Source of the DNA: an uncultured delta proteobacterium
GTDB lineage: Bacteria; Desulfobacterota; Syntrophorhabdia; Syntrophorhabdales; WCHB1-27
Direction of reading: 5' to 3'
Length of the DNA: 64,000 nt
Assembly (NCBI GenBank): GCA_963810935.1
Contig: CAWEPK010000008.1
Coordinates: 640,001 to 704,000, forward strand
The position numbers and the translations under genes were made by a program. A model generated the notes under the pieces. It did no database searches, was not told where the DNA came from, and saw nothing but the letters and a program-made list of their open reading frames with translations. Numbering within the stretch: the stretch's first letter is position 1; each line of letters opens with the position of its first letter. Shown here piece after piece: positions 32,515 through 41,068 of the stretch.

Positions 32515-33363
32515 ATGGTCAATCGTAATGCAGGAAAACTACTTCTTGTGCTCGCGGCGGTTCTCTTCTGTCAATGGGTCTTCGCCGGTGCGCTCGCAGC
32601 AGCGGAGCCTGCCAAGATGGTGCAGGCCGGAGCGGTCCTGACCGTAGCCGAATCAAAGAGGCTGATAGCCAAGGCCGTGGCGCAGATGCCGGTCGTCAAG
32701 AATGCCCTTGCGAACGGTATGGTCATTATCATCAAGGGGACGACCAACCGCTACGTGGCGGAGGAGATCACCGGGACTAAGATCGTGCCTGCAGAGTTTG
32801 CGACTGGAAGGATTACCGGGAAAGGGCCCGCATTGCTGCCCAAAGGGAAAACGGCCAACCACATAGTCCTGGAGAAGGGCAAGGTAGTCAATCTCACGCT
32901 TCCTGAGGCCGCCAAGAAGCTGAAAGCGGGCGACGTCGTCATGAAGGGGGCGAATGCCCTGGATTACAAGAACAAGATGGCGGCAGTCGATATCATGGAC
33001 CCGGCAGGTGGAACGACAGGGATCACGATGCCGTACGTGATTGCGCGGAAGGTCAACCTCGTCATTCCGGTCGGCCTTGAGAAGCTGGTCGCGGGAAACA
33101 TAGTCGATATGACCCTGAAGATGCGCGAGCCGATGGAGTCGCTGAGCATGGTTCCGTCCATGTGGCTCCTCACGGGAGACATCGTCACGGAGATCGAGGC
33201 CATTAAAATGCTAACGGGAGCAACCGCCTTCCAGGCGGCCGGAGGTGGTATCGCCGGCGCGGAAGGAGGGGTGTGGCTTGTTATCAGAGGTACCAGGGAC
33301 GAGGTCACGAAAGCTCTCAAGCTGGTTGAGTCGATCAAAGGCGAGCCCCCGTATACGGAATAA
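32515..33363 (+). CDS. Uncharacterized exported protein, paralog of 38535-39377
   Basis: RBS aggagg; Sec-type signal peptide; shares 'ESKRLIAK', 'GTTN', 'KGANALD', 'PVGLEKL', 'TEIEA', 'IKGEP' with the paralog. Confidence 0.8.
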   Translation: MVNRNAGKLLLVLAAVLFCQWVFAGALAAAEPAKMVQAGAVLTVAESKRLIAKAVAQMPVVKNALANGMVIIIKGTTNRYVAEEITGTKIVPAEFATGRITGKGPALLPKGKTANHIVLEKGKVVNLTLPEAAKKLKAGDVVMKGANALDYKNKMAAVDIMDPAGGTTGITMPYVIARKVNLVIPVGLEKLVAGNIVDMTLKMREPMESLSMVPSMWLLTGDIVTEIEAIKMLTGATAFQAAGGGIAGAEGGVWLVIRGTRDEVTKALKLVESIKGEPPYTE

Positions 33364-33393
33364 CTCGCAGCGGCGGACGGCATAATAACAAAT

Positions 33394-33424
33394 GGGGCCC
33401 GTGCCACTGCGGGCCCCTTTCTTT
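33394..33424 (+). terminator. Intrinsic terminator
   Basis: ggggcccg/cgggcccc stem followed by tttcttt. Confidence 0.75.
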
Positions 33425-33511
33425 CCCCACCGAGTGGCAGCGATATTTAATTGCGAAAAAACGGCGGTAGTCCGACGTACCGACGTAATCTTCGCATACC
33501 GCGCCGCAGTG

Positions 33512-33720
33512 TCTCTTCCTCTTCATGAGGGGGTGGCTCCGCCGGCCGGGGCACCCGCCCGACGTAAGGAGGGAAGGGTCGCGTGGAGGTGGTGTTGAAC
33601 CCGATTACTGCCGGAGCGAGTACCGAGCGCCGGCAGTAAAAAGCGAGCGAATGCGAAGCGACGAGCAGGGAGGCTCCGTCCGGCTTTGCCGGTGGAGGGG
33701 GCGCTGAGCCCCAATAACTG
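33512..33720 (-). repeat. Dispersed repeat, copy E (one full copy plus one degenerate tandem copy)
   Basis: Minus strand cagttattggggctcagcgccccctcca-ccggcaaagccgg-acggagcctccc ... ggagccaccccctcatgaagaggaag. Confidence 0.8.
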
Positions 33721-33792
33721 TTCTGTATGTTAGAACTCACTATTACGCATACGGAACATTTTTCTTGACTTTAATTCTCGGCATGGTAAAAA
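33719..33792 (+). promoter_or_regulatory. Operator/promoter module 3 (drives iclR2 and the catabolic operon)
   Basis: tgttctgtat-N20-atacggaaca followed by TTGACT at 33765. Confidence 0.65.
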
Positions 33793-33796
33793 GGAG

Positions 33797-34643
33797 GTGG
33801 CAAAATACGGAACCTTTCAAACGGAGGATTCCACCATCAAACAGGCACAGGCAAAACAAAAGATCCGTCCTAATCCCGTCAAAACGTACCGGGTGACCTC
33901 GCTCGACAAGGCGCTGTCGATCCTGGAGCTTGTTATAAACCGGGGCCGTGACCTCTCCATTACCGAGATCAGCCGCGAGGCTGAGCATGATGAAGGGGAC
34001 GGTCCACCGGGTCCTCAACACCCTCGTGGCTCGAAAATTCGTTCAGCAGAACAGCAAAACAAAAATGTACGGCCTTGGCGTGCGGACGCTGGAAATAGGG
34101 GTAGACTCCAAGAGGGAAAGGTTCCTTCGCATAGCCATGGCCCCCTTCCTGGTGGAGCTTTACGAGACGTGCGGGGAAACGGTGAACGCGGCCGTGTGGG
34201 AATATAACGCCATCCGTTATATCTATCGGCTGGAGTCTGAAGAGCTGCTTCGAATATCGACGACGGCCGGCGCCAGGTTCCCGGGCTATTGTTGCGCAAC
34301 GGGCAAAGTATTGCTGTCGTACTTCAGCAATGAAGATATCCGGCAGATTTACAGCCTGAACAAATCTTTAAAGAAATATACACAAAGCACGATCGCTTCC
34401 GTCGATGAGCTGATCCAGGAAATCGAGAAAGTCAGGGTCAGGAAGGCAGCGGTCGATGATGAAGAGGCGCTGCTGGGGGTTTACTGCATCGCCGCACCGG
34501 TCCTCAATTCCAGGGGGGAATGCGTGGCGGCCATCAGTATTTCAGCCCCGAAAAACCGGGTAACAGCAAATACCAGGGAAATGCTTGCGAAGCTGGTATC
34601 TGAAACAGCCCGGAAAATCTCAAACTCGTTGATCGAGCCTTAG
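33797..34643 (+). CDS. IclR-family regulator (paralog 2); apparent frameshift near 33978
   Basis: 'VTSLDKALSILEL' then 'KGTVHRVLNTL...YIYRLESEELLRIS...ATGKVLLS'. Confidence 0.9.
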
Positions 34644-34678
34644 AGGCGGGACACTACTAAAACTGAGAGGGTATTCGT

Positions 34679-35251
34679 ATGGTAGGTATTCGGTTTCATG
34701 GACGCGGGGGACAGGGAGCCGTAGTCGCTTCAAAGATTTTAGCCCATGCCTATTTCAAGCAGGGACTCTACGTCCAGGCGTTTCCGTCTTTCGGGATGGA
34801 ACGAAAAGGGGCCGCCGTTTCCGCGTTTGTCAGGCTGGACAGCGCGCCCATTGCCGAGCGCGGAGAGATCCGGAACCCATCCGTAGTGATCGTGCTGGAT
34901 TCCACCCTGCTGCGCAAAGTGGATGTGGTCCACGGTGCAAAGCCTGATGCGCTGATCCTGCTCAATTGCAGGAAAACCGAGATCGAGAACCCCATAAATG
35001 GCCCCTTTCGGGTGGCCGGGGTGGACGCCATCAAAATAGCGCTTCAGCATGGGCTGGGCTCGAAGACGGCCCCGGTCATCAACACCGTCATCCTCGGCGC
35101 CTATGCGAGGGTTTCCGGAGACCTTGCACTTCCCAACCTGCTGGACGCGATTGAAAAAGGCGTGCCGGTGAACCCGAAACAGAACATAGCCGCCGCCGAA
35201 GAGGCATATCACTCGGTATTCAGGATATCAGGAGATGTGAATGCAGACTAA
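34679..35251 (+). CDS. 2-oxoacid:ferredoxin oxidoreductase gamma subunit
   Basis: 'RFHGRGGQGAV', 'AFPSFGMERKGA', 'NTVILGA'. Confidence 0.92.
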   Translation: MVGIRFHGRGGQGAVVASKILAHAYFKQGLYVQAFPSFGMERKGAAVSAFVRLDSAPIAERGEIRNPSVVIVLDSTLLRKVDVVHGAKPDALILLNCRKTEIENPINGPFRVAGVDAIKIALQHGLGSKTAPVINTVILGAYARVSGDLALPNLLDAIEKGVPVNPKQNIAAAEEAYHSVFRISGDVNAD

Positions 35252-36443
35252 GATCACCATTCAAAGGTTGTCGGAGCTTCCGACGGCGCCGACCACTATC
35301 GGCACCATGGTGTGGAACGATACCGGAGACTGGCGTTATGTAACACCGGTCGTCGCAGACAAGCTGGCCCCTTGCAGCATAAGCTGCCCGGCGGGCATCC
35401 CGATCCCGCGTTACCTGAACGCGGTGAATCGCGGGGACGTCGGCGTCGCCCTCGCCCTGCTGTTGGCTTATAACCCTTTGCCGGGTCTGACCGGCCGCCT
35501 CTGTTATCACCCCTGCCAGACCAAATGCGTTCGCAAGAAAATCGACAGCGCGATAGCCATACAGAAGATGGAGCAGTTCCTGGGCGATCTCGCGACGGAC
35601 GTTACGATTGAGAAGAGTGAAAAAACAGGTCGGCGGGTTACGGTCATCGGGTCAGGCCCTCTCGGGCTCTCATGCGCGTTCTATCTGAGCTGCCGGGGTT
35701 TCCGGGTCGCTGTACTGGACCCCTCCAACCGGGCGGGTGGTAGGCTCGTCGCCCTTTCACCCGCTAAGATAGAGCCGCAGGTGCTGTCTCGCGAGATCGA
35801 CCGGTTGGTCCGTCTGGCCGATATCAGGCTCGAAACGGGGGCCTCTATCGATTTCGGCAAACCCGGCGAGCTGACGGCGGAGGCGGACCTTGTCATCATG
35901 GACCCGACCGGGCTGCCTGAAGACTTTCGCGCGCTTGCCGGTGCGGTCGCCTGCAATCCCTTTGATGATGATGCCGTTACCGGGGGGGTCGTCTCCGTCG
36001 ATCTGCCGAAGAACCTTGCGCCCTTCAAGGCGCCCATGATCGCGCATTACATTGCCGCCGGCCGTATGCTCGCCCGGAAGGCGTCGGATGGCCTGCTCCA
36101 GGGGAAGTGTGAAGAGCAGGCTGCCGACCAACCCATGCAGCCGGTAAACGTCGAAAGCATAAAGATCGAGCTTCTCCCGGCCTCCGGACCCAGCCCAGCG
36201 AAGGAGACCGGAAAGGATGAAACATGGGGCCGGGAGCGGGCGGCGCTGGAAGCGGAGCGCTGCCTCTCCTGCGGCACCTGCAACCATTGTCTTCTGTGCG
36301 TCTCCTATTGTCCCGACGCGAGCATCCTGACCGACCGGGCGAAAACCACCGTTGCGATCGACCTGGACCACTGCAAGGGGTGCGGCATTTGTGCTTATGA
36401 GTGCCCCCGTGCAGTGATTACGATGGAGGATATGAGCGTATGA
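35241..36443 (+). CDS. Oxidoreductase delta-like subunit fused to GltD-type Fe-S/FAD domains
   Basis: 'TGDWR', 'PCSISCP', 'GRLCYHPCQTKC', 'VIGSGPLG', two C-terminal CxxCxxCxxxCP motifs. Confidence 0.85.
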   Translation: MQTKITIQRLSELPTAPTTIGTMVWNDTGDWRYVTPVVADKLAPCSISCPAGIPIPRYLNAVNRGDVGVALALLLAYNPLPGLTGRLCYHPCQTKCVRKKIDSAIAIQKMEQFLGDLATDVTIEKSEKTGRRVTVIGSGPLGLSCAFYLSCRGFRVAVLDPSNRAGGRLVALSPAKIEPQVLSREIDRLVRLADIRLETGASIDFGKPGELTAEADLVIMDPTGLPEDFRALAGAVACNPFDDDAVTGGVVSVDLPKNLAPFKAPMIAHYIAAGRMLARKASDGLLQGKCEEQAADQPMQPVNVESIKIELLPASGPSPAKETGKDETWGRERAALEAERCLSCGTCNHCLLCVSYCPDASILTDRAKTTVAIDLDHCKGCGICAYECPRAVITMEDMSV

Positions 36444-37603
36444 ATAAAGTCATGATGGGGAACGAGGCCGCCGCCTTGGCCGTAAAACTGGCCCGCGTCG
36501 AGGTGGTCTCGGCATATCCGATCACCCCGCAAACCGTAATCGTCGAGAGCCTTGCCGACATTATCGGCCGAGGCGAGCTTAAAGCCAGGTACATGCCCGT
36601 CGAATCCGAGCACACGGCCATGGCGAGCTGCATGGGCGCGTCGCTGGCGGGCGCCAGGACTTTTACGGCAACCTCCTCGCAGGGGTTGGCCTACATGCAC
36701 GAGATGCTTCATTTTACGGCGGGCGAGCGGGTGCCGGTCGTCATGGTCAACTGCAACCGCGCAATGGCGCCCCCCTGGAACCTGTACTGCGACCACACGG
36801 ATTCGCTGTCCCAGCGCGATACCGGCTGGGTCCAGTATTATTGCGCCGACGTCCAGGACGTGCTCGACTCCGTCTTGATCGCCTATGCGGTTGCCGAGCA
36901 GGCGCTTTTGCCGGTCATGATCAATCAGGACGGGTTTTATCTGACCCATACATCCGAGCCTGTGGATGTGCCGGACCAGGAGGCGGTGGATGCTTTTCTT
37001 CCCTCATTCGAGGCGCCGCTCAAGCTGGATGTGAATAACCCCAAGACCTTCAGTATTGTTTGCGGTTCGGACCTGTACAGCTCCATCAAGTACCGGCGCC
37101 AGGGCGACACCCTTGCGGTGGCAGACCTCTGGGACCGGGAGGCGGAGAAATTCAACAGCCATTTCGGCCGGCTGCACAAGACCGTGGATGCATATCGAAC
37201 GGAGGATGCCGACCTCTGCATCATCAGCATCGGCACGGCCGCCGGCACGGTTCGGCTTGCGGTCGACAGGTTGCGGGAAGAGGGATTGAAGGCCGGCGGC
37301 CTCAGGCTTGCGATGATCAGGCCCTTTCCCGTAGAGGCGTTGCAAAGGGCGCTTGGAAAAGCCGGGCACGTAATCGTCATCGACAGGGATGTCTCTCTCG
37401 GGGCCGAAGGAATCGTAGCCCAGGAGGTGAAGGCGGCCCTTTTCGGGAGCCGGCAGGATGTCAAAGTCACAGGCTTTGTCGCAGGTATCGGCGGGAACGA
37501 TATCACCGTGGATACGCTCACCCCGATGGTGCGGCAGGCGATATCCGGAGACGGGAGCGCAGTCGGGTCAGGGAAATCGCTTTGGACGGAGGTGTTGCCG
37601 TGA
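36440..37603 (+). CDS. 2-oxoacid:ferredoxin oxidoreductase alpha subunit
   Basis: 'GNEAAA', 'AYPITPQT', 'ESEH', 'TATSSQGL', 'IRPFP'. Confidence 0.93.
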   Translation: MNKVMMGNEAAALAVKLARVEVVSAYPITPQTVIVESLADIIGRGELKARYMPVESEHTAMASCMGASLAGARTFTATSSQGLAYMHEMLHFTAGERVPVVMVNCNRAMAPPWNLYCDHTDSLSQRDTGWVQYYCADVQDVLDSVLIAYAVAEQALLPVMINQDGFYLTHTSEPVDVPDQEAVDAFLPSFEAPLKLDVNNPKTFSIVCGSDLYSSIKYRRQGDTLAVADLWDREAEKFNSHFGRLHKTVDAYRTEDADLCIISIGTAAGTVRLAVDRLREEGLKAGGLRLAMIRPFPVEALQRALGKAGHVIVIDRDVSLGAEGIVAQEVKAALFGSRQDVKVTGFVAGIGGNDITVDTLTPMVRQAISGDGSAVGSGKSLWTEVLP

Positions 37604-38490
37604 GCGAGCAAATCCAGGCGAAGAGAGAGCTGGTCACCCCCGGCCACTACGGCTGCCCCGGCTGCGGCGCAACCGTGGCCATGTGGCAAACGTTGCCGGT
37701 GCTGGGCGAGGACACGATCGTTGTGATGACGGCCGGATGCTGGTCGAGCATGATCGGTATTTATCCTTACACCTCCCTGACAGTGCCGCTGGTTTCCGTG
37801 GCCTATGGGGCCGCCGCGTCCGTAGCCGCCGGCATCAAGGCCGGGCTGAGCGTCAAGGGAAACGACCATACGACCGTCATGGCCTTTGCGGGTGACGGCG
37901 GGACCTTCGATATCGGCTTCCAGCCCCTTTCCGGCGTCGCGGAGCGAAACGACGACATACTTTTCATCTGTTACGACAACGAAGCATACATGAACACGGG
38001 CATCCAGCGCTCCTCGGCAACACCGGCCGGCGCCTGGACAACCACCACGCCGGACCCGGTCAGGAAGGGCCAGAGGAAGAAGAACATGATCGAGATCATG
38101 GCGGCGCACCGCGTCCCTTACGCGGCCACCGCCAGCATCGGCGCACCGCAGGACCTGAAAGAGAAGGTTGAAAAAGCAAAAAGCATCAAAGGCACGCGAT
38201 TCATTCATATGTTCGCCTCATGCCCGACGGGTTGGCGGCATGCAGCGGACGTGTCCATCGAGGTAGCCAGGCAAGCCGTGGCCAGCCGCATCTTTCCACT
38301 TTATGAAGTGACCAATGGTGAAGACTGGCGGCTCAGCCCGATGCCTGAGAAGAAAGAAATAGACGCTTATCTGAAGCTCCAGGGCAGGTTTAAGACAATG
38401 ACCGACGAAGAACGCGACCGCCTGCAAATGCAGGTGGATAATGACTGGCAGCGTTTGATTAACAGATGCCAGGCTCCGAATGCGAAATGA
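37600..38490 (+). CDS. 2-oxoacid:ferredoxin oxidoreductase beta (TPP-binding) subunit
   Basis: 'GCPGCG', TPP motif 'GDGGTFDIG...DNEAYMNTG', 'CPTGW'. Confidence 0.93.
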   Translation: MSEQIQAKRELVTPGHYGCPGCGATVAMWQTLPVLGEDTIVVMTAGCWSSMIGIYPYTSLTVPLVSVAYGAAASVAAGIKAGLSVKGNDHTTVMAFAGDGGTFDIGFQPLSGVAERNDDILFICYDNEAYMNTGIQRSSATPAGAWTTTTPDPVRKGQRKKNMIEIMAAHRVPYAATASIGAPQDLKEKVEKAKSIKGTRFIHMFASCPTGWRHAADVSIEVARQAVASRIFPLYEVTNGEDWRLSPMPEKKEIDAYLKLQGRFKTMTDEERDRLQMQVDNDWQRLINRCQAPNAK

Positions 38491-38534
38491 GCCCGGCGTG
38501 CGGTGAGTTTCACTAAAGAATCAAAATTGGAGGC

Positions 38535-39377
38535 ATGAAAATGAAGGCTGCGTTCACACTGATTCCTTCTGAGTCCAGAAGGCTCATTGCAAAGGGCGTT
38601 GCGGCAATGAACGAGATAAAAGCGGCCAGTCAGAGTGGGTACACCATCATTTGCGGCGGCACCACAAACGGATACGTGGCGCAGGAAATATTGGGCGCCG
38701 CCGATATACCTCCTCAAAAATATACGGCCGGCACCATTTGCAACCGGGTGCTATGCACGACCGATATAGATAAGCGGTCCCCCTTCCCCATCATCCTTTT
38801 CAAAGGGGAAAAGGTCAAAAAGACCATCACGGAAGCCCTCAACGATTTTCACATCGAAACCGTCATCATCAAAGGCGCCAATGCTATCGATTCAAAAGGA
38901 AAGGCCGGAATTATCTCATCCGGGTTCGACGGCGGGACGATGGGGGCGACGCTCGGCACCGCCGTGTCGCAGGGACTTAAATACATCGTCCCGGTCGGCC
39001 TGGAAAAATTAGTTCCATCGGTTGAAGAGGCCTGTGCGTGGTCCGGCGCAAAGACCCTTGACTATTCCATGGGCGCTGATTTTGGAATGTTTCTGGTTCC
39101 CAATGCCCTGGTCGTCACCGAGATCGAGGCCCTGAGAATACTGACCGGGGTGGATTCGAGGCATGTCGCCTCCGGCGGGATCGGAAATTGTGCAGGTGCG
39201 GTCGTGATCATCGCGCAAGCTCCGGAAGAAAACGTCAAAAAAGCGATTTCCCTGATCGAAGGCATCAAAGGGGAGCCTATTCTGCCTAATTTCAAAGGGA
39301 CTTGTAAGGCATGTCGTTATAAATGCATTTACGCAGGAAAAGATCAACCCGATCTTCCCGAATGGATGACGGATTGA
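38535..39377 (+). CDS. Uncharacterized cytoplasmic protein with C-terminal CxxCxxxC, paralog of 32515-33363
   Basis: 'ESRRLIAK', 'GTTNG', 'KGANAID', 'PVGLEKL', 'IKGEP', 'CKACRYKC'. Confidence 0.8.
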   Translation: MKMKAAFTLIPSESRRLIAKGVAAMNEIKAASQSGYTIICGGTTNGYVAQEILGAADIPPQKYTAGTICNRVLCTTDIDKRSPFPIILFKGEKVKKTITEALNDFHIETVIIKGANAIDSKGKAGIISSGFDGGTMGATLGTAVSQGLKYIVPVGLEKLVPSVEEACAWSGAKTLDYSMGADFGMFLVPNALVVTEIEALRILTGVDSRHVASGGIGNCAGAVVIIAQAPEENVKKAISLIEGIKGEPILPNFKGTCKACRYKCIYAGKDQPDLPEWMTD

Positions 39378-39474
39378 GGGCGTGAACCAGATACGCTGCG
39401 AGCATAGAGAGAAACGATCATGATAAGACCTTGCGTGTTCCATTAAGCAGTGCAAAAACGGGAGGGGAGAAATC

Positions 39475-40464
39475 ATGCAGAGGAAAATGTTTCTTCGGAC
39501 GGTGTTAAGCGTCAGTTTGGTGGTTTCTTTAATCATGGCCTTCGCAATCCCGGCGGCTCAGGCTGAAGGCAAATTTCCCAACCGGCCCCTGACCATGGTT
39601 TGCCCCTACGGCGCCGGCGGAGGGACAGACGCCGTCGCCAGAATGATCGCGGCCCTGATGGAGCAAGACCTGGGGCAACCCGTCAACGTGGTAAACCGGA
39701 CGGGCGGAGGAGGTGCCGTAGGGTTCACCGCGGGCGCGACCGCCGCTCCCGATGGGTACACCATTACGCTGGCCTCGGGGGACATTGCCATGCTCCACTG
39801 GATGGGGACGACGCAGGTAACGCCTAAGGAGTACAGGGCCGTAGGGCAGTGCAACTTCGATCCGGCATCTGTCAATGTCCGGGCCGATGCACCATGGAAA
39901 ACATTGAAGGAGCTTCAGGAATACGCCAAGGCGAACCCCGGCAAGCTGAAGGCATCCGGGACCGGAAAGGGCGGGTGCTGGGACATCGCACGGGCGGGCT
40001 GGCTGCTTACAGCCGGTCTCTCTCCTGACGCCATTCTCTGGGTCCCAAGCAGCGGGGCTGCTTCCACTCTTCAGGACATGGCGGCGCGCGGCATCCCGAT
40101 GTCTACGTGCAGCCTGGCGGAAGCCCGCGCCATGATCGAAGCCAAGAAGGTCAAATCCCTTGGCGTCATGGCGGACAAGCGGCTTCACATCTTCCCGAAT
40201 GTCCCCACGCTCAAAGAACAGGGTATCAACTGGACCTTCGGCGTGTGGAGAGGGGTCCTGGTCCCTAAAAAAACCCCGGATAATATAGTCGCTATCCTCG
40301 AAAAATCGATGGAGAAGGCGTACAGGAACCCCAAGTACAAGGACTTTATGGACAAGGCCGGCCTGGGCATGGTGTGGAGGTCCGCCGCCGAGTTCGACAA
40401 GTACATGGCCGATGAGGACGCGAGCAACCAGAGGATCATGAAGGCTTCCGGAATGACAAATTAA
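39475..40464 (+). CDS. tctC: Tripartite tricarboxylate transporter binding protein
   Basis: Signal peptide, 'FPNRPLTMVCPYGAGGGTD', 'NRTGGGG', 'PDGYT', 'PNVPTLKEQG'. Confidence 0.92.
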   Translation: MQRKMFLRTVLSVSLVVSLIMAFAIPAAQAEGKFPNRPLTMVCPYGAGGGTDAVARMIAALMEQDLGQPVNVVNRTGGGGAVGFTAGATAAPDGYTITLASGDIAMLHWMGTTQVTPKEYRAVGQCNFDPASVNVRADAPWKTLKELQEYAKANPGKLKASGTGKGGCWDIARAGWLLTAGLSPDAILWVPSSGAASTLQDMAARGIPMSTCSLAEARAMIEAKKVKSLGVMADKRLHIFPNVPTLKEQGINWTFGVWRGVLVPKKTPDNIVAILEKSMEKAYRNPKYKDFMDKAGLGMVWRSAAEFDKYMADEDASNQRIMKASGMTN

Positions 40465-40532
40465 TCGAATCTTTTTCATGGGAAAGCGGTCGGGAAGGTC
40501 CTGATGCGCTTTCCCTGACCCGAGGAACACCA

Positions 40533-41009
40533 ATGGGAAAGAACGACTATATCGGCGCTGGAATTTTCATCGCTCTGGGCGTTTTTATCTGGGCACTCTC
40601 GTTTCAATTCCCGGTCCTGGCGGGCGGCCACCCCGGACCCTCTCTTTTCCCCCGGGTCCTGGGCACCCTCTTCATCGTCTTCTCGTTGATTGTCATCCAT
40701 GAGGGCCGGCAAAAGTCCAAAGCACCGCCTCCTCCCGAAGAGGATGAGGGAGGAAATGTAACAATCATAGGAAAAGAGAATTACTTCAACGCGGTACTGG
40801 TAATCATCCTCATCGCTGCTTTTATTCTCGCGGCCCCGCACTTGGGCTTCATTATTACGGGCGGGGCGGTCCTCATCATACTGATGTGGAAATTACACGT
40901 TAAGCCCGTAAAAGCAGTGATTGTTTCGGCCGTTGTCATCTGCTTCATATATACCGTATTCGCGAAGGGCCTGAGGGTCCCCCTGCCGCGCGGCTTTTTG
41001 GGGTGGTGA
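40533..41009 (+). CDS. tctB: Tripartite tricarboxylate transporter small membrane subunit
   Basis: 'PGPSLFP', 4 TM helices, 'LRVPLPRG'. Confidence 0.9.
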   Translation: MGKNDYIGAGIFIALGVFIWALSFQFPVLAGGHPGPSLFPRVLGTLFIVFSLIVIHEGRQKSKAPPPPEEDEGGNVTIIGKENYFNAVLVIILIAAFILAAPHLGFIITGGAVLIILMWKLHVKPVKAVIVSAVVICFIYTVFAKGLRVPLPRGFLGW

Positions 41010-41068
41010 GAATGGATTTCATGATTCGAAGCGACAACCGGATAACGATCGGGAGGCGCTGAAAAGCC

